From Promethearchaeia archaeon (lineage in GTDB: Archaea > Asgardarchaeota > Lokiarchaeia > Sigyniarchaeales > SOKP01): DNA of 29,230 nucleotides. Below are positions 28,501 through 29,230 of the stretch, piece by piece. The notes under the pieces were generated by a model that was not told the origin of the DNA, ran no database searches, and saw only the letters and a program-made list of their open reading frames with translations. Each line of letters begins with the position of its first letter. Positions within the stretch are counted from its first letter, which is position 1. The DNA lies in NCBI GenBank assembly GCA_029856105.1, contig JAHQWH010000132.1:1-29230 (forward strand), given 5' to 3'. The translations under genes were made by a program, and so were the position numbers.

Positions 28501-28651
28501 TTTAAAAGTTTCAAAATCCTTTATTAACTCAGCACTATGTAAAGGTTGTGGCACATGTGCGGCAACATGCCCAAACGGTGCAATATCTGTAAAGCATTAT
28601 GATTTCGATCAAATTTATGCTATGATAGAATCTTATTTATTAGAATCGTAA
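25565..28651 (+). CDS. hdrA: Large all-Cys HdrA-like protein with two fused HdrA flavin modules
   Basis: Module 1: VLVIGAGIAG, LDKTFPTNDCSLC, inserted ferredoxin, CAGSR..YCSSVCC. Then an internal HdrA N-terminal domain (RIGVIICHCG..CTPRTHE..NIRDQCSW). Module 2: ALVIGGGVAG, CVNSR..YCSNICC, then a C-terminal 2x[4Fe-4S]. TAATG overlap with the upstream gene. Confidence 0.92.
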   Translation: MEGSVLVIGAGIAGIQTSLDLTELGFKVYLVERSPSIGGRMAQLDKTFPTNDCSLCILAPKMVEVFRNPNIKLMTYHEVKKVSGDAGNFTATILKKPRYLDESLCKGCGDCAAKCPKIEVPNLFDCNLGKRKSIYIPFPQAVPPVYLIDPELCLKITKGVCGVCQKVCTVEAIDFEQKPKDIIINCGAVVVATGFDMPAERLSSRWGYQYQNVVSALEYERILCASGPFEGHVLRPSDQKEPEKIAFIQCAGSRDLHEKVPYCSSVCCMYTAKEAIITREHSDNAECFVFRHDLRAYGKNFYEFTQRAQDEYGVKYFQTKISTIEEEPETNDLIIRYEDLKNGTFNDFRASLVVLATPLVPTKGTEDLASILKVELDKYNFFKEKSYFNKSLSSKGGVFLCGFCQGPMDIPETVADASGVASQVAMLLNSVKFNEIKEKIYDEPEKEIKITDDPRIGVIICHCGINIGKYVDVSSAVDYVKTLPYVVHCEDNMYSCSSDSQTRIKEVIKEHNLNRFIVASCTPRTHESLFQETCLEAGLNKYLFEMVNIRDQCSWVHMNEYEFATEKAKDLIRMAVAKARLLKPLTETKLDITPTALVIGGGVAGMTVALNLANQGFKTYIAEKEDKLGGNLNNLNILYPIHEEASNFLKEIINKVEKNKNIQILLESDIKEIKGYIGNYNVSITASNQKAHDLKVGTIIIATGAQELKPEGIFQYGKNNKNVLTQLELEKRLKEEGKSWLDNINRITIILCVNSRQKEGITYCSNICCGVSIKNISILKELKPNLEIVVLYRDIQMAKKEYEEYYRERRKEAMFLRYDLENIPKIVKKSDKSEKYQVSVFDTNLQDNLQFDTDLIVLSTPMIPSDNLEGLARMLKVPLDKNGFFLEAHVKLRPLDFATDGIFLCGCAQWPKNIQDSISQANGAAGRASRFLSAKTITSSGLIAEVNPERCIGCGKCVSVCPYNAIELKEAIMDFEEISLKVSKSFINSALCKGCGTCAATCPNGAISVKHYDFDQIYAMIESYLLES

Positions 28652-28670
28652 AATTAAAAGATGAATAATC

Positions 28671-29108
28671 GTGCCAAAAGCAAAGAGAAAAGTAATAAAA
28701 CAAGAATTTAAACCTGAATTATTAGTGTTTTGTTGTAATTGGTGCTCTTATGCGGGAGCTGATTTGGCAGGGGTTTCTAGATTTCAATATCCGCCCAACA
28801 TGAGAATTGTTAGAGTTATGTGCTCTGGAAGAGTCGAACCTTCTTTTGTTTTAAAGGCTTTGAAGGATGGAGCCGACGGGGTCTTAATAACGGGGTGTCA
28901 CATTGGAGATTGCCATTACATAAGCGGTAACGAGTATACGAAAGAAAGGTTTGAAAGATTACATAAAATAATAATTAATCAATTGGGCATAAAAGAAAAA
29001 CGCGTTAGGTTGGAGTGGGTGTCTGCTTCTGAAGGTAAGCTTTTTGCGGAATTAATTATAGAGTTTACGAACGATATAAAAAGATTAGGACCGTTAAAAG
29101 TTTTTTAA
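28671..29108 (+). CDS. mvhD: MvhD [2Fe-2S] subunit, all-Cys form
   Basis: FCCNWCSYAGADLAG.SR.QYP, RVMCSGRV, GADGV...GCHIGDCHY..GN, WVSASEG. Confidence 0.95.
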   Translation: MPKAKRKVIKQEFKPELLVFCCNWCSYAGADLAGVSRFQYPPNMRIVRVMCSGRVEPSFVLKALKDGADGVLITGCHIGDCHYISGNEYTKERFERLHKIIINQLGIKEKRVRLEWVSASEGKLFAELIIEFTNDIKRLGPLKVF

Positions 29109-29230
29109 GAAAATAGTGTTATAATTATTTTAGTTACTTATATTATATCTAAATGGATAGTACTATTTTGAATAATTTAATAAATTATGAGTATCCGTAG
29201 AGCTCTCGCCTTAATTTTTCGGACCACATA

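Noticed and set aside
47-28554. Short antisense or alternate-frame ORFs in the track (e.g. 47-268, 1244-1558, 4999-5265, 8234-8455, 12240-12461, 19002-19193, 21976-22308, 26313-26507, 28288-28554)
   Set aside because: They are shadows of well-supported genes or low-complexity intergenic translations with no motifs.
29185-29230. Possible 3' end of a minus-strand gene (…MWSEKLRRELYGYS*) or start of a plus-strand ORF at 29187
   Set aside because: Too short at the window edge to support either reading.
1-29230. CRISPR arrays, tRNA (including tRNA-Sec), rRNA, transposases or integrases
   Set aside because: No regularly spaced repeats, no GC-rich structural RNA segments and no recombinase motifs seen by eye.

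Overview
AT-rich archaeal DNA, most consistent with Asgard archaea (Lokiarchaeia). The assignment is inferred from an Asgard-type profilin, a Rag-like small GTPase with a roadblock-like tail, F420-binding FrhB-family genes and a eukaryote-type SECIS. The left two-thirds is a mixed neighbourhood: URO-D-like protein, geranylgeranyl-reductase-like flavoprotein, two zinc-ribbon membrane paralogs, a decayed TIM-barrel pseudogene, a profilin-like gene whose last 165 bp recur 1.4 kb downstream around a two-gene cassette, orphan OppB, DRG GTPase, Rag-like GTPase, FrhB-like protein, HEAT protein, HTH regulator and SDR. The right third (19154-29108) is a co-oriented hdrA-vhuD-frhB-frhB-hdrD-hdrA-mvhD cluster that the ORF track misreads. 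The first hdrA (19154-21094) has four in-frame TGA codons and the first mvhD/vhuD (21100-21558) has two. All six align to cysteines of the all-Cys paralogs in the same cluster, so they are read here as selenocysteine. A single eukaryote-like SECIS (AUGA / 9-bp stem / A-rich loop / GA) follows, and its core UGA is the vhuD stop codon itself. The hdrD-like gene apparently starts at a non-canonical ATA/ATT codon. No rRNA, tRNA, CRISPR array or transposase was seen.
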